From positions 2,531 to 66,530 of the forward strand of contig JANPCG010000006.1 in NCBI GenBank assembly GCA_031430855.1: DNA of 64,000 nt, given 5' to 3'. Source of the stretch: Candidatus Kaiserbacteria bacterium (GTDB lineage Bacteria > Patescibacteriota > Minisyncoccia > Phycocordibacterales > UBA918). Below the pieces are notes generated by a model. The model ran no database searches. It was not told where the DNA came from and was given only the letters and a program-made list of their open reading frames with translations. The translations under genes were made by a program, and so were the position numbers. Positions within the stretch are counted from its first letter, which is position 1. Each line of letters begins with the position of its first letter. Positions 46,647 to 56,994 of the stretch are shown here, in pieces.

Positions 46647-47609
46647 ATGAATACCTCTACCCGTCAGACCATTTTTACTGGACTTCAGTCATCAGGTGAT
46701 CTGCATATTGGCAATTATTTTGGTGCCATGAAGCCATTTCTTGACCTCTATTCGGAACGACACGCTTCGGCTGACTTCTTTCTTATGGTAGCTGACTACC
46801 ACGCCCTGACTTCAGTGCGTGATGGGGCAGTGCTTCGCACCAATATCTACAATACAGTGCGAGATTACCTCGCTATCGGCATTGACCCTGCGGCTGTCAC
46901 CATGTTCCGACAATCTGACAACCAAGACCATATGGAATTAGGATGGATCCTTAATTGTCTCGTGACCGTGCCGTTTTTGATGCAAGCACACGCATATAAG
47001 GACAAGGTAGCAAAAGGAGCCGAAGCGAACGCCGGACTCTTTACCTATCCAATGCTGATGGCAGCCGATATCCTTTTGTACAACACTGACATCGTGCCTG
47101 TCGGTGAAGACCAGCGACAACATCTCGAGTATGCGCGTGAAGCCGTAAGTAAATTCAACAATGCGTATGGTGAGCTGTTAAAAGAGCCCAAGGAACTCAT
47201 CTATGATGCAGTTGGGGTTATTCCTGGAACCGATGGGGCCAAAATGAGTAAAAGTTATAAAAATACCATTCCACTCTTTGGGAGCCGAGAAGAGATTCAA
47301 AAAGCCGTTATGAGTATTGTAACTGATAGTAGCAGTGAACGCCCACAGCACGTCTACGCGATTCATAAACTTTTCCGGACTGAAGCTGAATTAGAGACAC
47401 TGTATACCGAAAACCACGGTAAATATAAAAACCTTAAAGATGCGTTGATTGAGGACATCGAAGCCATGATCGCTCCAATGCGTGAGAAGCGAGCGAATAT
47501 TACTAATGAAGATATTCATGAAGTTCTTAGAAGTGGAGCAGAGCGAGCTCGAGCCGTATCAAGCGCCAAACTAGCCGAGGTGCGCTCACTCATCGGTATT
47601 TCGTTCTAA
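46647..47609 (+). CDS. trpS: Tryptophan--tRNA ligase
   Basis: HIGNYFGA, YPMLMAADIL, VPVGEDQ.QH, KMSKS. Confidence 0.98.
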   Translation: MNTSTRQTIFTGLQSSGDLHIGNYFGAMKPFLDLYSERHASADFFLMVADYHALTSVRDGAVLRTNIYNTVRDYLAIGIDPAAVTMFRQSDNQDHMELGWILNCLVTVPFLMQAHAYKDKVAKGAEANAGLFTYPMLMAADILLYNTDIVPVGEDQRQHLEYAREAVSKFNNAYGELLKEPKELIYDAVGVIPGTDGAKMSKSYKNTIPLFGSREEIQKAVMSIVTDSSSERPQHVYAIHKLFRTEAELETLYTENHGKYKNLKDALIEDIEAMIAPMREKRANITNEDIHEVLRSGAERARAVSSAKLAEVRSLIGISF

Positions 47610-47610
47610 C

Positions 47611-48003
47611 ATGCGTCTTTTTAAATTCCCGAGCAATCGTGAACGTGAACAAGGGCCGTCCCGACTAGAACGAACTGTTCTTACACTCTGTGAACACATT
47701 TGCGCTATTCAAGCTGATGGTGGAGAGGGGATCAGTGGATTTACTACCGAGTCGAAAAAAATTTCAGATTCTGTAGCAGAAATTTCAGTTACCAGACTTA
47801 TGACAACTGGTAACCAAGTAGGTTTAGGTCGAGCTGAACTACAGCCAATTTGTGACCTGTTGAACAATCATCTTCGTATCGACGCCCGACCTTTTACGGT
47901 TTCAATTCTCGAAAGTCGGGACACCATACCAAGCACACCTGACGATGACTTTACTCAAAATGCGCATTTTACCTTACAGGTTAGAGCGCAAGATAACATT
48001 TGA
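47611..48003 (+). CDS. Hypothetical protein
   Basis: 130-aa ORF starting 1 nt after the trpS stop. Confidence 0.55.
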   Translation: MRLFKFPSNREREQGPSRLERTVLTLCEHICAIQADGGEGISGFTTESKKISDSVAEISVTRLMTTGNQVGLGRAELQPICDLLNNHLRIDARPFTVSILESRDTIPSTPDDDFTQNAHFTLQVRAQDNI

Positions 48004-48039
48004 CAGACCAGCCATCTGTACTACTATAGACAGATACCA

Positions 48040-48250
48040 ACGACGCAGCTGACACTGCCGAGGTGAGAGCAGAACGCTAGAAAACCTTTTAGTTAGTAGA
48101 CCTCTTCGGGCGCGCCCGCAATCGCGCAATCAAAAACAAGCGCCTTGAGTTGTACATACACAACCAGGAAATAGGGTGGCACCGCGACTCACATCGCCCC
48201 TATGAATGTATTACTAGAGTAGTATATTCATAGGGGCGATTTCGCTTTTA
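48040..48250 (+). promoter_or_regulatory. T-box riboswitch leader of aspS
   Basis: T-box AGGGTGGCACCGCG (48173..48186) with antiterminator pairing to cgcccct; terminator atcgcccctatgaat/attcataggggcgat plus T tract; GGTGAGAG apical motif at 48062. Confidence 0.88.
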
Positions 48251-48270
48251 TGAATATATAAATAAAAATT

Positions 48271-49671
48271 ATGAAACGAACACTCATAAAAGAACTTGAT
48301 ACACACATTGGAGAAACTATTACCATCCAAGGCTGGGTAGACGTGGTCCGTGACCAAGGCAAAATGGCCTTTTTTGATTTCCGTGACCGCAGTGGATTAG
48401 TTCAAGGTGTTGTATTTGGCAAACCAGAGGTATTGGAAGTTGCTAAAACGACTCGTCCGGAATTTGTAGTTGAAGTAACTGGCATTGTAAATAAGCGGCC
48501 AGAAAAAATGATCAATGCTTCCATTTTAAATGGTGACATAGAACTTGAAATTACAAATATAACAATACTGAACGAAACTGTCGTTTTACCATTTCCGATT
48601 AACGAGGACACTCGGATTGTGGATGAAGCGATCCGACTCAAATACCGGTACCTGGACCTGCGCAGTACGCGAATGCAAAAAAACGTCAAGGCACGGCACA
48701 CGATTCAAAAGTTTATCCGCGACACACTCACAGAAAAAGATTTTATCGAAGTCGAAACACCTCTTCTTTCAGCACCAACACCGGAAGGTTCTCGCTCGTA
48801 CGTCGTGCCGTCACGCCTGAGTCCAGGGACGTTTTATTCTCTCCCGCAATCACCACAGCAGTATAAGCAACTTTTGATGGTTGGTGGGTTTGAACGTTAC
48901 TTTCAGTTTGCCCGCTGCCTCCGTGACGAAGATTCTCGAGGGGATCGTCAGCCAGAGTTTACCCAACTCGACATGGAACTTTCTTTTGTCACCGAAGAAG
49001 ATGTCATGAGTTTAAACGAACAAATTCTGATTGAACTTGTGACTAAATTTTACCCAGAAAAGCATATCCAGCAGGTACCGTTCCCACGGATGACATACCA
49101 TGACGCCATGGAGAAGCATGGCAATGACCGTCCCGATATTCGAGAAGATAAAAATGACCAAAACCTCTTAGCTTTTTTGTGGGTGACTGATTTCCCGGCG
49201 TTTGAAAAAACAGGACAAGATAACGTGGACGGCACGGGAGAATGGACCTTCACACACAATCCTTTTGCTAAGGTAAAGGACGCCTACCTCGAAGACTTTA
49301 TGGCAGGGAAAAATGTTGGAAACCTCATCAGTACGCAATATGATATCACCTTAAATGGGTACGAGATTGGTGGTGGAAGTATCCGTAATCATGTCTCATC
49401 ATGCCAAAAGAAAACCTTTGAAATTATGGGGTATGACGAAGTCCGTATTATAGATAATTTTGGACACATGCTGACAGCGCTTGAATTCGGCGCACCGCCA
49501 CATGGGGGAATTGCTTGGGGTTTTGATCGTTTGATCATGATCCTCGAAGATGAACCAAACATCCGTGAAGTAATTCCGTTTGCAAAAACGGGTGAAGGGA
49601 AAGACCTTATGATGGACGCTCCAGCCAAGGTAAACGAAAAGCAACTGAAAGAACTTGGGATAAAAATCTAA
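48271..49671 (+). CDS. aspS: Aspartate--tRNA ligase (bacterial type, lacking the GAD insertion domain)
   Basis: RLKYRYLDLR, LPQSPQQYKQLLM, RDED.RGDRQPEFTQLD.E, GAPPHGGIA.G.DR; 466 aa. Confidence 0.96.
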   Translation: MKRTLIKELDTHIGETITIQGWVDVVRDQGKMAFFDFRDRSGLVQGVVFGKPEVLEVAKTTRPEFVVEVTGIVNKRPEKMINASILNGDIELEITNITILNETVVLPFPINEDTRIVDEAIRLKYRYLDLRSTRMQKNVKARHTIQKFIRDTLTEKDFIEVETPLLSAPTPEGSRSYVVPSRLSPGTFYSLPQSPQQYKQLLMVGGFERYFQFARCLRDEDSRGDRQPEFTQLDMELSFVTEEDVMSLNEQILIELVTKFYPEKHIQQVPFPRMTYHDAMEKHGNDRPDIREDKNDQNLLAFLWVTDFPAFEKTGQDNVDGTGEWTFTHNPFAKVKDAYLEDFMAGKNVGNLISTQYDITLNGYEIGGGSIRNHVSSCQKKTFEIMGYDEVRIIDNFGHMLTALEFGAPPHGGIAWGFDRLIMILEDEPNIREVIPFAKTGEGKDLMMDAPAKVNEKQLKELGIKI

Positions 49672-49674
49672 CCA

Positions 49675-49710
49675 AAAAACAATCGGTCACACAAGTGACC
49701 GATTGTTTTT
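49675..49710 (+). terminator. Intrinsic terminator
   Basis: aaaaacaatcggtcac-acaa-gtgaccgattgttttt. Confidence 0.85.
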
Positions 49711-49750
49711 AAAATCCAAAATTTAATGGTTCTGTTATAATAGACAATAT

Positions 49751-51214
49751 ATGTCACACCCAAAAATTACGGTAACTAAAAAGTCGCTGGCTGAATCACC
49801 AAAAAAATTCACCAAACTAATCCTGACGGAAGACTCACCCCAGTATCACCGCTTTGTTGAAACGAGTGACGGAAATACGGAGTATCGCATGGGGGTCGGA
49901 AAATTTGGTGATATAACGGCACGAACACTCCGCACCCTCATCCGCGGAATTGTGCTGGCGGCTAAAAATCACCAGGTAGAATTTCTCGCGGTTGAACTTC
50001 ATAACACCCAGTTTCCAGGACTCTCGCACCATTCGGCTACGTGGTTTTATTCAACCCTGATTGAAAATCTCCACCTCGCTTCATACGAATTCAAAACGTA
50101 TAAAACCAAACCACAATCAAAAACAGCACTAAAAGAAATCCTGGTTTGCAGCATTGCGACAGCAGAAGCCTTTGCAGGGACCAAACGAGGTGAGGTGGTA
50201 GGAACATATACTAACGCCGCTCGCGATATTGCGAATACGACCGGAGATGATATGACCCCAAAGCACCTCGCTGCGGCGGCAAAAAAAATGGCGACCGGAA
50301 CCAAGATTGCCGTTAAAGTACTGGGACTTACTGAAATCAAGAAACGTAAAATGGGATTGCTTGAAGCCGTCGCAAAAGGCTCTCACCACGAACCGCAATT
50401 TATTGTGATGGAATACTGGGGTGCGGGAAAATTGAATGCGGAATATGGAAAAGAGAAGAGTAAAAATAAAAAAATAAATGAAGCTACTCAACCTTTAGTC
50501 TTAATTGGTAAAGGTATCACGTATGACACCGGTGGACTTAACGTGAAGCCGACTGGTGCTATGCACGACATGCACATGGATATGTCAGGCGGGAGTAGCG
50601 TCATGGCAGCCATTACTGCGGCAGCTATACTCGGTGTAAAACGAAATATTATTGCGCTTATCCCCGCTGCCGAAAATGCTATTTCAAGCACCAGTATGCG
50701 CGCCGGCGACATCGCAACCAGTATGAGTGGTCAAACCGTTGAAATCCTTCACACAGACGCAGAGGGACGACTCGTGCTCGCTGATGCTCTCACGTACGCT
50801 ACGCGTTATAACCCCCGCGCGATTATTGATGTCGCAACCTTGACCGGAGCCGCCTTGATTGCCCTCGGTCAACAGGCGAGCGCAGTTATGACGAAGAACC
50901 CCGAACTCGAGAGTGAACTTCGCCGCTTAGGAGAGGAATCGGGAGACCTCGTGTGGCCACTCCCGCTCTGGGACGAATACAAAATTGGACTTAAGAGTGC
51001 CCGAGCAGATATCAGTAACATTGCTACGAATTTTTCTAAATTCGGTGGTGCGATTGAAGGAGGGATCTTTCTCTCACATTTTGCACCGAAAGACGTCGCC
51101 TGGGCTCATATCGATATCGCCCCACGTATGGATAGTATTCCAAGTGATAAACTCGCCAAGGGCTCAACTGGCGAACCAGTCCGCCTCCTGATTGCCTTTT
51201 TGGAACAGTATTAG
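49751..51214 (+). CDS. pepA: Leucyl aminopeptidase (M17)
   Basis: GKGITYDTGG, DMSG, HTDAEGRLVLAD, ATLTGA, WAHIDIA. Confidence 0.95.
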   Translation: MSHPKITVTKKSLAESPKKFTKLILTEDSPQYHRFVETSDGNTEYRMGVGKFGDITARTLRTLIRGIVLAAKNHQVEFLAVELHNTQFPGLSHHSATWFYSTLIENLHLASYEFKTYKTKPQSKTALKEILVCSIATAEAFAGTKRGEVVGTYTNAARDIANTTGDDMTPKHLAAAAKKMATGTKIAVKVLGLTEIKKRKMGLLEAVAKGSHHEPQFIVMEYWGAGKLNAEYGKEKSKNKKINEATQPLVLIGKGITYDTGGLNVKPTGAMHDMHMDMSGGSSVMAAITAAAILGVKRNIIALIPAAENAISSTSMRAGDIATSMSGQTVEILHTDAEGRLVLADALTYATRYNPRAIIDVATLTGAALIALGQQASAVMTKNPELESELRRLGEESGDLVWPLPLWDEYKIGLKSARADISNIATNFSKFGGAIEGGIFLSHFAPKDVAWAHIDIAPRMDSIPSDKLAKGSTGEPVRLLIAFLEQY

Positions 51215-51230
51215 AAGTAATTTCCAAACA

Positions 51231-51255
51231 TTTGCACAGGTCTTGCCTGTGCAAA
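51231..51255. repeat. REP-like palindrome
   Basis: tttgcacagg-tcttg-cctgtgcaaa; core aggtcYtgcct shared with 21110..21144. Confidence 0.6.
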
Positions 51256-51301
51256 GACTTGTCCGAAATGAGGAATTTTGTCGTGTTAGAATATCACTAC
51301 A

Positions 51302-52051
51302 ATGAGCGTAGTCAGTCATCATTCACCCTTAGCATTTTCGTTTAAAACGAACGTTTTTGAAGGTCCGCTTGAACTCTTAATTGAACTCGTCGAAAAGCGT
51401 AAGCTGCTCATTAATGACATCAGTCTCGCTGAAGTAACGGATGAGTACATCCGGCAAGTTAGTGAAATGCAGGAAAAGTCTCTCCCGCACACGGCGCAAT
51501 TTGTCCAACTCGCTGCCACGTTATTGTTGATTAAATCAAAATCGCTCCTTCCCGTCCTTGAACTCACCAAAGAGGAAGAAGCCACGATTGAAGACCTCGA
51601 GGAACGCTTAAAGCAGTACCAGATCTATCGCGACGCTGGGATGATACTGACGGCACAGTTCGGCAGACAGATTATGTACGCTCCGCGATTTATTGCGCCA
51701 AAAGACGCAGTGTTTGTACCGGATGATTACTGCACCCTAAACGCTATGCGAGCAGCGATGAATAGCGTCTTGCAGAACCTCCCGAGAAAAGAAGTAAAGC
51801 CAAAAGTTCAAGTTAAACAAACGATCAGCCTTGAGGAAATGATGCTGAGTCTTCGGAAAAGAATCGAGGGTCAACTAAAAACCACATTTTCCCAAATGCG
51901 GAGCGAGGCTCCCGAGCATAAAACTATTATTGTTGGGTTCTTAGCAATTCTTGAGCTCGTTAAACAGGGAAATGTTCTCGTGACCCAACTCGGCCGGTTT
52001 GATGATATAGAAATTGAATTAGAACAAGGGAGTACGCCGCGTTATTATTAA
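51302..52051 (+). CDS. scpA: Segregation/condensation protein A
   Basis: FEGPLELL..L, AATLLLIKSKSLLP, FLAILELVK. Confidence 0.96.
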   Translation: MSVVSHHSPLAFSFKTNVFEGPLELLIELVEKRKLLINDISLAEVTDEYIRQVSEMQEKSLPHTAQFVQLAATLLLIKSKSLLPVLELTKEEEATIEDLEERLKQYQIYRDAGMILTAQFGRQIMYAPRFIAPKDAVFVPDDYCTLNAMRAAMNSVLQNLPRKEVKPKVQVKQTISLEEMMLSLRKRIEGQLKTTFSQMRSEAPEHKTIIVGFLAILELVKQGNVLVTQLGRFDDIEIELEQGSTPRYY

Positions 52052-52133
52052 AAAACGGTGAATTCTTAGGGTTGTCAACAAAATGCCTGGAAAAACGTAG
52101 TTTTTCCAGGCTAAAACTGTTAAACTGAAGGTA

Positions 52134-52682
52134 ATGCCGCTTGATATCCTCATCGAAGGACTGCTTTTCTATAAGTCCGCACCGCAAAAAAAGGCCACCT
52201 TGCGTAAGGTGTATTCAGTGAGCAGTGAGGATTTGCAGGTTGCCTTAGATATGCTTTCCATACGTCTCCAAAGTGGAGCCCTCCGTTTAATTGAAACTGA
52301 CACCGAAATTCAGTTAGTTACGTCACCTGAATTAGCGCCATTTATCGAAGACATACGAAAAAATGAGATTAAAAATGACATCGGTAAAGCGGGAGCTGAG
52401 ACACTTGCTATCATTTTATATCGCGCACCAATTACCCGAGTAGAGGTTGACCGAATTCGTGGAGTGAACTCCTCATTTATTTTACGAAACCTTTTGATTC
52501 GAGGACTGATAGAACGATCACAAAATAAACAGGGAAGTGGTTACACGTTCTCTGTCACGCCAAATCTCTTGGCCCACCTCGGTGTCTCTTCGACCCGGGA
52601 ATTAACTGATTTTGCGCGAGTGACAGATGCTCTCGAGCAGTTTGTGGTGGACCAGGAAGCGGTAACTGAAACAACAGCATGA
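52134..52682 (+). CDS. scpB: Segregation/condensation protein B
   Basis: ETLAII.Y..PITR..VD.IRGVNS...L..RGLI. Confidence 0.96.
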   Translation: MPLDILIEGLLFYKSAPQKKATLRKVYSVSSEDLQVALDMLSIRLQSGALRLIETDTEIQLVTSPELAPFIEDIRKNEIKNDIGKAGAETLAIILYRAPITRVEVDRIRGVNSSFILRNLLIRGLIERSQNKQGSGYTFSVTPNLLAHLGVSSTRELTDFARVTDALEQFVVDQEAVTETTA

Positions 52683-53689
52683 GTGAAAATGAGCAAGACT
52701 ACATCATAGAGACTACTGACACCGCAACTGTACAACCGCCGCGTTTTCCTGTAGTAGCCCAACTAACTATTCTAGGTTTTATTCTCTTTGCCATCTTAGG
52801 TTTTTCCGTTCTTCCATTACTGCGAGGTGAGATAACAGAGACGACAGAAGCAGTACCCGTCTCACCACTCGTAATTGCGGGAACCTCAACAAACCTCGCC
52901 TTGGCCCAAAAAATGTCAGAAGTCACCGTACGAGGAAAGTCGGCTTTTGTCTATGACGTGAAAGCAAAGCGCGTTCTCTACCAAAAAAATGCAGATACCG
53001 TGCTCCCACTCGCCTCGATTACGAAACTAATGACCTCACTCATTACACATGAACTAGTAGAGACTGATGCCAAAATTGTAGTTCCAAAATCAGCCGTGTT
53101 TCAATCAGGAGAAAGTGGACTTCGTGAAGGAGACGTTCTCACGACACAGGCCTTAGTAGATTACGCCATGCTCTCGTCATCAAACGATGCCGCCTACGCA
53201 CTTGCGGCTGCTGTCGGAACTATCCTTGAACCGAACAGTAACCCACAACAAACATTTGTCACGAGCATGAATATTCGAGCCGAGGAACTGGGGCTCCCGA
53301 ATCTTACATTCTACAACCCGACCGGACTTGATATTTCACTCACTGAACCGGGTGCCGTCGGAACCGCGCGTGAAGTGACATTTTTAATGGAATATATTCT
53401 GAGCAATTATCCAAGCATCCTCGAACCTTCAACATTTACGAGTACCCGCGTGTATGACACCGGCGGCGCGTACCATCAAGCTGAGAACACGAATCCGATT
53501 GTGACGCAAATTCCTAATCTCTTGGGCTCAAAAACTGGCTATACCGATTTAGCTGGAGGCAACCTCACGGTCGCCTTTGATGCGGGATACAATCGTCCAA
53601 TTATCGTTACGGTCATGGGATCAAGCTATGACGAGCGCTTCACCGATGTATTAAAACTCGTCACAGCAGTAACGGGAACAATTGAATAA
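52679..53689 (+). CDS. D-alanyl-D-alanine carboxypeptidase (S11)
   Basis: ASITKLMT (SxxK), SSND (SxN), NPTGL, KTGYT; N-terminal TM. Confidence 0.93.
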   Translation: MSENEQDYIIETTDTATVQPPRFPVVAQLTILGFILFAILGFSVLPLLRGEITETTEAVPVSPLVIAGTSTNLALAQKMSEVTVRGKSAFVYDVKAKRVLYQKNADTVLPLASITKLMTSLITHELVETDAKIVVPKSAVFQSGESGLREGDVLTTQALVDYAMLSSSNDAAYALAAAVGTILEPNSNPQQTFVTSMNIRAEELGLPNLTFYNPTGLDISLTEPGAVGTAREVTFLMEYILSNYPSILEPSTFTSTRVYDTGGAYHQAENTNPIVTQIPNLLGSKTGYTDLAGGNLTVAFDAGYNRPIIVTVMGSSYDERFTDVLKLVTAVTGTIE

Positions 53690-53695
53690 TTTTAT

Positions 53696-54754
53696 ATGGA
53701 ATATCCAATTCTCAAACTCTTGATTCCCGCGGCTCTCGCTTTTATTACTGGTCTTCTTATAACGCCGCTCTTAACCCACTATTTATATAAATTTAAAGTC
53801 TGGAAAAAAACGGGAGGTAAAACAACCCTCGCGGGAACGGTCGCAACGGAATTCAATCGCCTTAAAGGAACTGATGAAATCAAAACCCCGCGCATGGGTG
53901 GCATTGTCATTTGGGGAAGCGTGCTTTTAACACTCGGAATTCTCTATGCACTTAGTATCCTTTTCCCTGAATCAATTTTCAAAGATTTATTTTTCCTGAG
54001 TCGATCGCAAACGTGGCTTCCGCTCTCGGCCTTGATTGTCGGGGCTGCTGTTGGTTTTATGAATGATTATTATGACGTCCACCACGGAGGAGTAGGGATC
54101 AGACTGCGCACCCGGATTATTATTATCACCTTATTGTCGGCATTTATTGGTTGGTGGTTTTATGCAAAATTGGGCATCAGCAGTATCGGTATTCCGTTTG
54201 ATGGGGCCCTTGAAGTCGGGTGGCTGATTATTCCGTTTTTTATCATCCTTACGATTGCCCTCTATGCAAGTGGGGTTATCGATGGGATTGATGGTCTCTC
54301 CGGTGGGGTATTTGCGTCAATTTTCCTCTCGTATGCTGGAGTCGCTCTTATTCAGTCACAATTAGATATAGCGGCCTTTTGCGCAACGGTGGCGGGAGGC
54401 ATCCTCGCGTTCTTGTGGTTCAACGTTCCGCCGGCTCGATTTTGGATGACAGAAACAGGATCAATGGCACTCACACTTACCCTAGCCGTTGTTGCTCTCA
54501 TGACTGACGAGATGGGGGAAGGAGTAGGGGTAGCGTTACTCCCCATTATTGGTTTACCGCTCGTTGCTACCGTTGCATCAAATATTATCCAGGTTGGCTA
54601 CCGAAAAGTCACCGGTAAAAAATTCTTCCGTATCGCACCTTTGCATCACCACTTTGAAGCCATCGGCTGGCCATCAACAAAAGTCACAATGCGGTATTGG
54701 ATTATTAGTATCATGTGTGCCGTTATTGGTATCGCTTTAGCGTCGGTCGCCTAA
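53696..54754 (+). CDS. mraY: Phospho-N-acetylmuramoyl-pentapeptide transferase
   Basis: TPRMGG, DGIDGL, FLWFN.PPA, APLHHHFE..GW. Confidence 0.95.
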   Translation: MEYPILKLLIPAALAFITGLLITPLLTHYLYKFKVWKKTGGKTTLAGTVATEFNRLKGTDEIKTPRMGGIVIWGSVLLTLGILYALSILFPESIFKDLFFLSRSQTWLPLSALIVGAAVGFMNDYYDVHHGGVGIRLRTRIIIITLLSAFIGWWFYAKLGISSIGIPFDGALEVGWLIIPFFIILTIALYASGVIDGIDGLSGGVFASIFLSYAGVALIQSQLDIAAFCATVAGGILAFLWFNVPPARFWMTETGSMALTLTLAVVALMTDEMGEGVGVALLPIIGLPLVATVASNIIQVGYRKVTGKKFFRIAPLHHHFEAIGWPSTKVTMRYWIISIMCAVIGIALASVA

Positions 54755-54759
54755 TTTTT

Positions 54760-55869
54760 ATGCCGGGAAAATCTGTTGATGCGATTTTATTAGGACTGGT
54801 ATTGACCCTCGTGATTGGTGGGTTTTTGATATTCTCTTCAGCCTCTTTAGGACTCCTTGCGCGTGATGGCGCAAGCTTCTCGAGCGTAGCCTTTAATCAA
54901 TTCCTCTTTGGCGTTGTTGGTGGTGGGATAGCATTATTTGTAATGAGTAATGTGTACTACCGCAATTTAAGGCAGTATGCCTTTTACATCTTTTTATTTT
55001 CACTTGTTCTTACTCTTTTGGTGTTTGTGCCAGGAGTTGGCACTAGCTACAACGGTGCTGCCCGTTGGATTACAATTGCTGGTTTCTCAATGCAGCCGGC
55101 TGAAATACTCAAAATTGGTTTTGTGATATATATCGCAACCTGGCTCTCAGGCATGCAACACCACATCAGTAACTTTAAAAGTGGCACGTTGCCATTTGTG
55201 GGGATTATGGGAGGAGTTGGGATTATTATGCTTAAGCAGCCTGATACTGACACTTTTATGATTATGGCAGCCGCTGGGGTCGCAATGTTTATTACTGCTG
55301 GTGGCAGATGGCGTGACGTCGGTCTCATGTTTCTTTCTGCCGTTGTACTCCTGGCTATTATTGCGTTTATGCGACCGTATATTATGGACCGTATTACGAC
55401 TTTTATTAACCCCGACACTGACCTTCAGGGGAGCGGGTATCAAATTAATCAATCACTGATTGCGGTTGGTTCAGGCGGTATTACCGGACGAGGATTTGGT
55501 CAAAGCATCCAGAAATTTGAATACCTACCAGAACCAATTGGCGACTCAATCTTTGCTGTGTATGCTGAGGAATTTGGTTTTATCGGAAGCGTGTTACTGA
55601 TTGCACTCTATTTAGGGTTCACCTTCCGCGGTTACAAAATTGCAGCAACTGCTGGAGACATGTTTGGCATGTTACTCGTCGTTGGCTTTATGACCATTAT
55701 CGTATGCCAGGCATTTTTAAATATTGGTGCCATGGTTGGCATCGCACCACTCTCAGGACTTCCACTCCCATTTATTAGCCACGGGGGGACCGCTCTCTTA
55801 ACCACCCTCACGATGATCGGTATCGTCCTTAATGTGTCGAAATATCGAAAATCAACCGTGCGGACATGA
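54760..55869 (+). CDS. ftsW: SEDS peptidoglycan glycosyltransferase FtsW
   Basis: GAARWI, QPAEILK, GYQ..QSL.A.GSGG..G.G.GQS.QK..YLPE..DSIF...EE.G, LPFISHGG. Confidence 0.93.
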   Translation: MPGKSVDAILLGLVLTLVIGGFLIFSSASLGLLARDGASFSSVAFNQFLFGVVGGGIALFVMSNVYYRNLRQYAFYIFLFSLVLTLLVFVPGVGTSYNGAARWITIAGFSMQPAEILKIGFVIYIATWLSGMQHHISNFKSGTLPFVGIMGGVGIIMLKQPDTDTFMIMAAAGVAMFITAGGRWRDVGLMFLSAVVLLAIIAFMRPYIMDRITTFINPDTDLQGSGYQINQSLIAVGSGGITGRGFGQSIQKFEYLPEPIGDSIFAVYAEEFGFIGSVLLIALYLGFTFRGYKIAATAGDMFGMLLVVGFMTIIVCQAFLNIGAMVGIAPLSGLPLPFISHGGTALLTTLTMIGIVLNVSKYRKSTVRT

Positions 55870-55884
55870 TAGACTAAGTCTATT

Positions 55885-56994
55885 ATGAGAATTGCGTTTG
55901 TCGGCGGTGGAACAGGTGGACACTTTTATCCACTCATAGCCACAGCAGAAGCATTACGAACCACTAATGTACCCGTGGACTTGATTTACATTGGACCAGT
56001 ACCCTATAACCAAGAAGAACTGGCAGCGTCAAATATTAAATTTGTATATTGCCCAGCGGGAAAGCTGCGTCGCTATATATCTATTCAAAACTTCTTAGAT
56101 TTCTTCCGGACGGGTGCAGGTTTTTTTGTTGCGCTGTATAAATTATTTATCTGGTACCCCGACGTTGTCTTCTCAAAGGGCGGCTACACCAGTGTGCCCG
56201 TACTTTTAGCAGCACGCTTTTATCGTATCCCGGTAGTCATTCACGAATCAGATAGTAAGCCTGGTAGAGCTAGTCTCTTAGCGAAAAATTTTGCTCGCTA
56301 TATTGGTATCGCGTACGAAGAAGTCGCCTCCTCATTCCCGCCAGAAAAAACAGCCTTAATCGGAATTCCCATTCGTTCCGTCATCAAGCAGATTGACCCC
56401 AATCCGTTTCAATCTCTCGGTATTCCGTCTAATATTCCTTTAATATATGTAACTGGTGGCTCTCTTGGAGCAGAGCGTATCAATAACCTTGTCTTACGAA
56501 GTCTCAAAACATTACTTCCACAATTCCAAATTTTCCACCAGACAGGAGTCTCGCTTGAAAAAAGTGTTATCCAAACAGCCCAGGCCCTTGTACCAGACCA
56601 AGCGTTATTAGGTCGCTACTACGTACGGGGAAGTGTTGACGCCCGAACCGTTTCGACTCTCTACGATGCCGCAGCGCTCATTATTTCTCGAGCCGGAAGT
56701 ACCACTCTCTTTGAAATTGCCTTGCATGGGAAACCGTCAATCATTATCCCAATTCCTGAAGAAATTAGTCATGATCAACGGACTAACGCTTACGCCTATG
56801 CTCGAACGGGAGCGGCAAGCGTACTCGAGGAAGGGAATTTGACCGACAATTTGCTCATCGCCGAAATTCAGTCTATTATGTCAGACCAGGCTAAATACTA
56901 CAGCATGAGTTTGGCTGCTCGGTCGTTTTCAAAACCGAACGCCGCTCTTGCTATGGCCCAAGTCTTAATTTCTATCGGTAATGAACACAACTAA
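55885..56994 (+). CDS. murG: Lipid II GlcNAc transferase MurG
   Basis: GGGTGGH, KGGY.S.P, HESD, GGSLGA, SRAG, DQ..NA. Confidence 0.97.
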   Translation: MRIAFVGGGTGGHFYPLIATAEALRTTNVPVDLIYIGPVPYNQEELAASNIKFVYCPAGKLRRYISIQNFLDFFRTGAGFFVALYKLFIWYPDVVFSKGGYTSVPVLLAARFYRIPVVIHESDSKPGRASLLAKNFARYIGIAYEEVASSFPPEKTALIGIPIRSVIKQIDPNPFQSLGIPSNIPLIYVTGGSLGAERINNLVLRSLKTLLPQFQIFHQTGVSLEKSVIQTAQALVPDQALLGRYYVRGSVDARTVSTLYDAAALIISRAGSTTLFEIALHGKPSIIIPIPEEISHDQRTNAYAYARTGAASVLEEGNLTDNLLIAEIQSIMSDQAKYYSMSLAARSFSKPNAALAMAQVLISIGNEHN

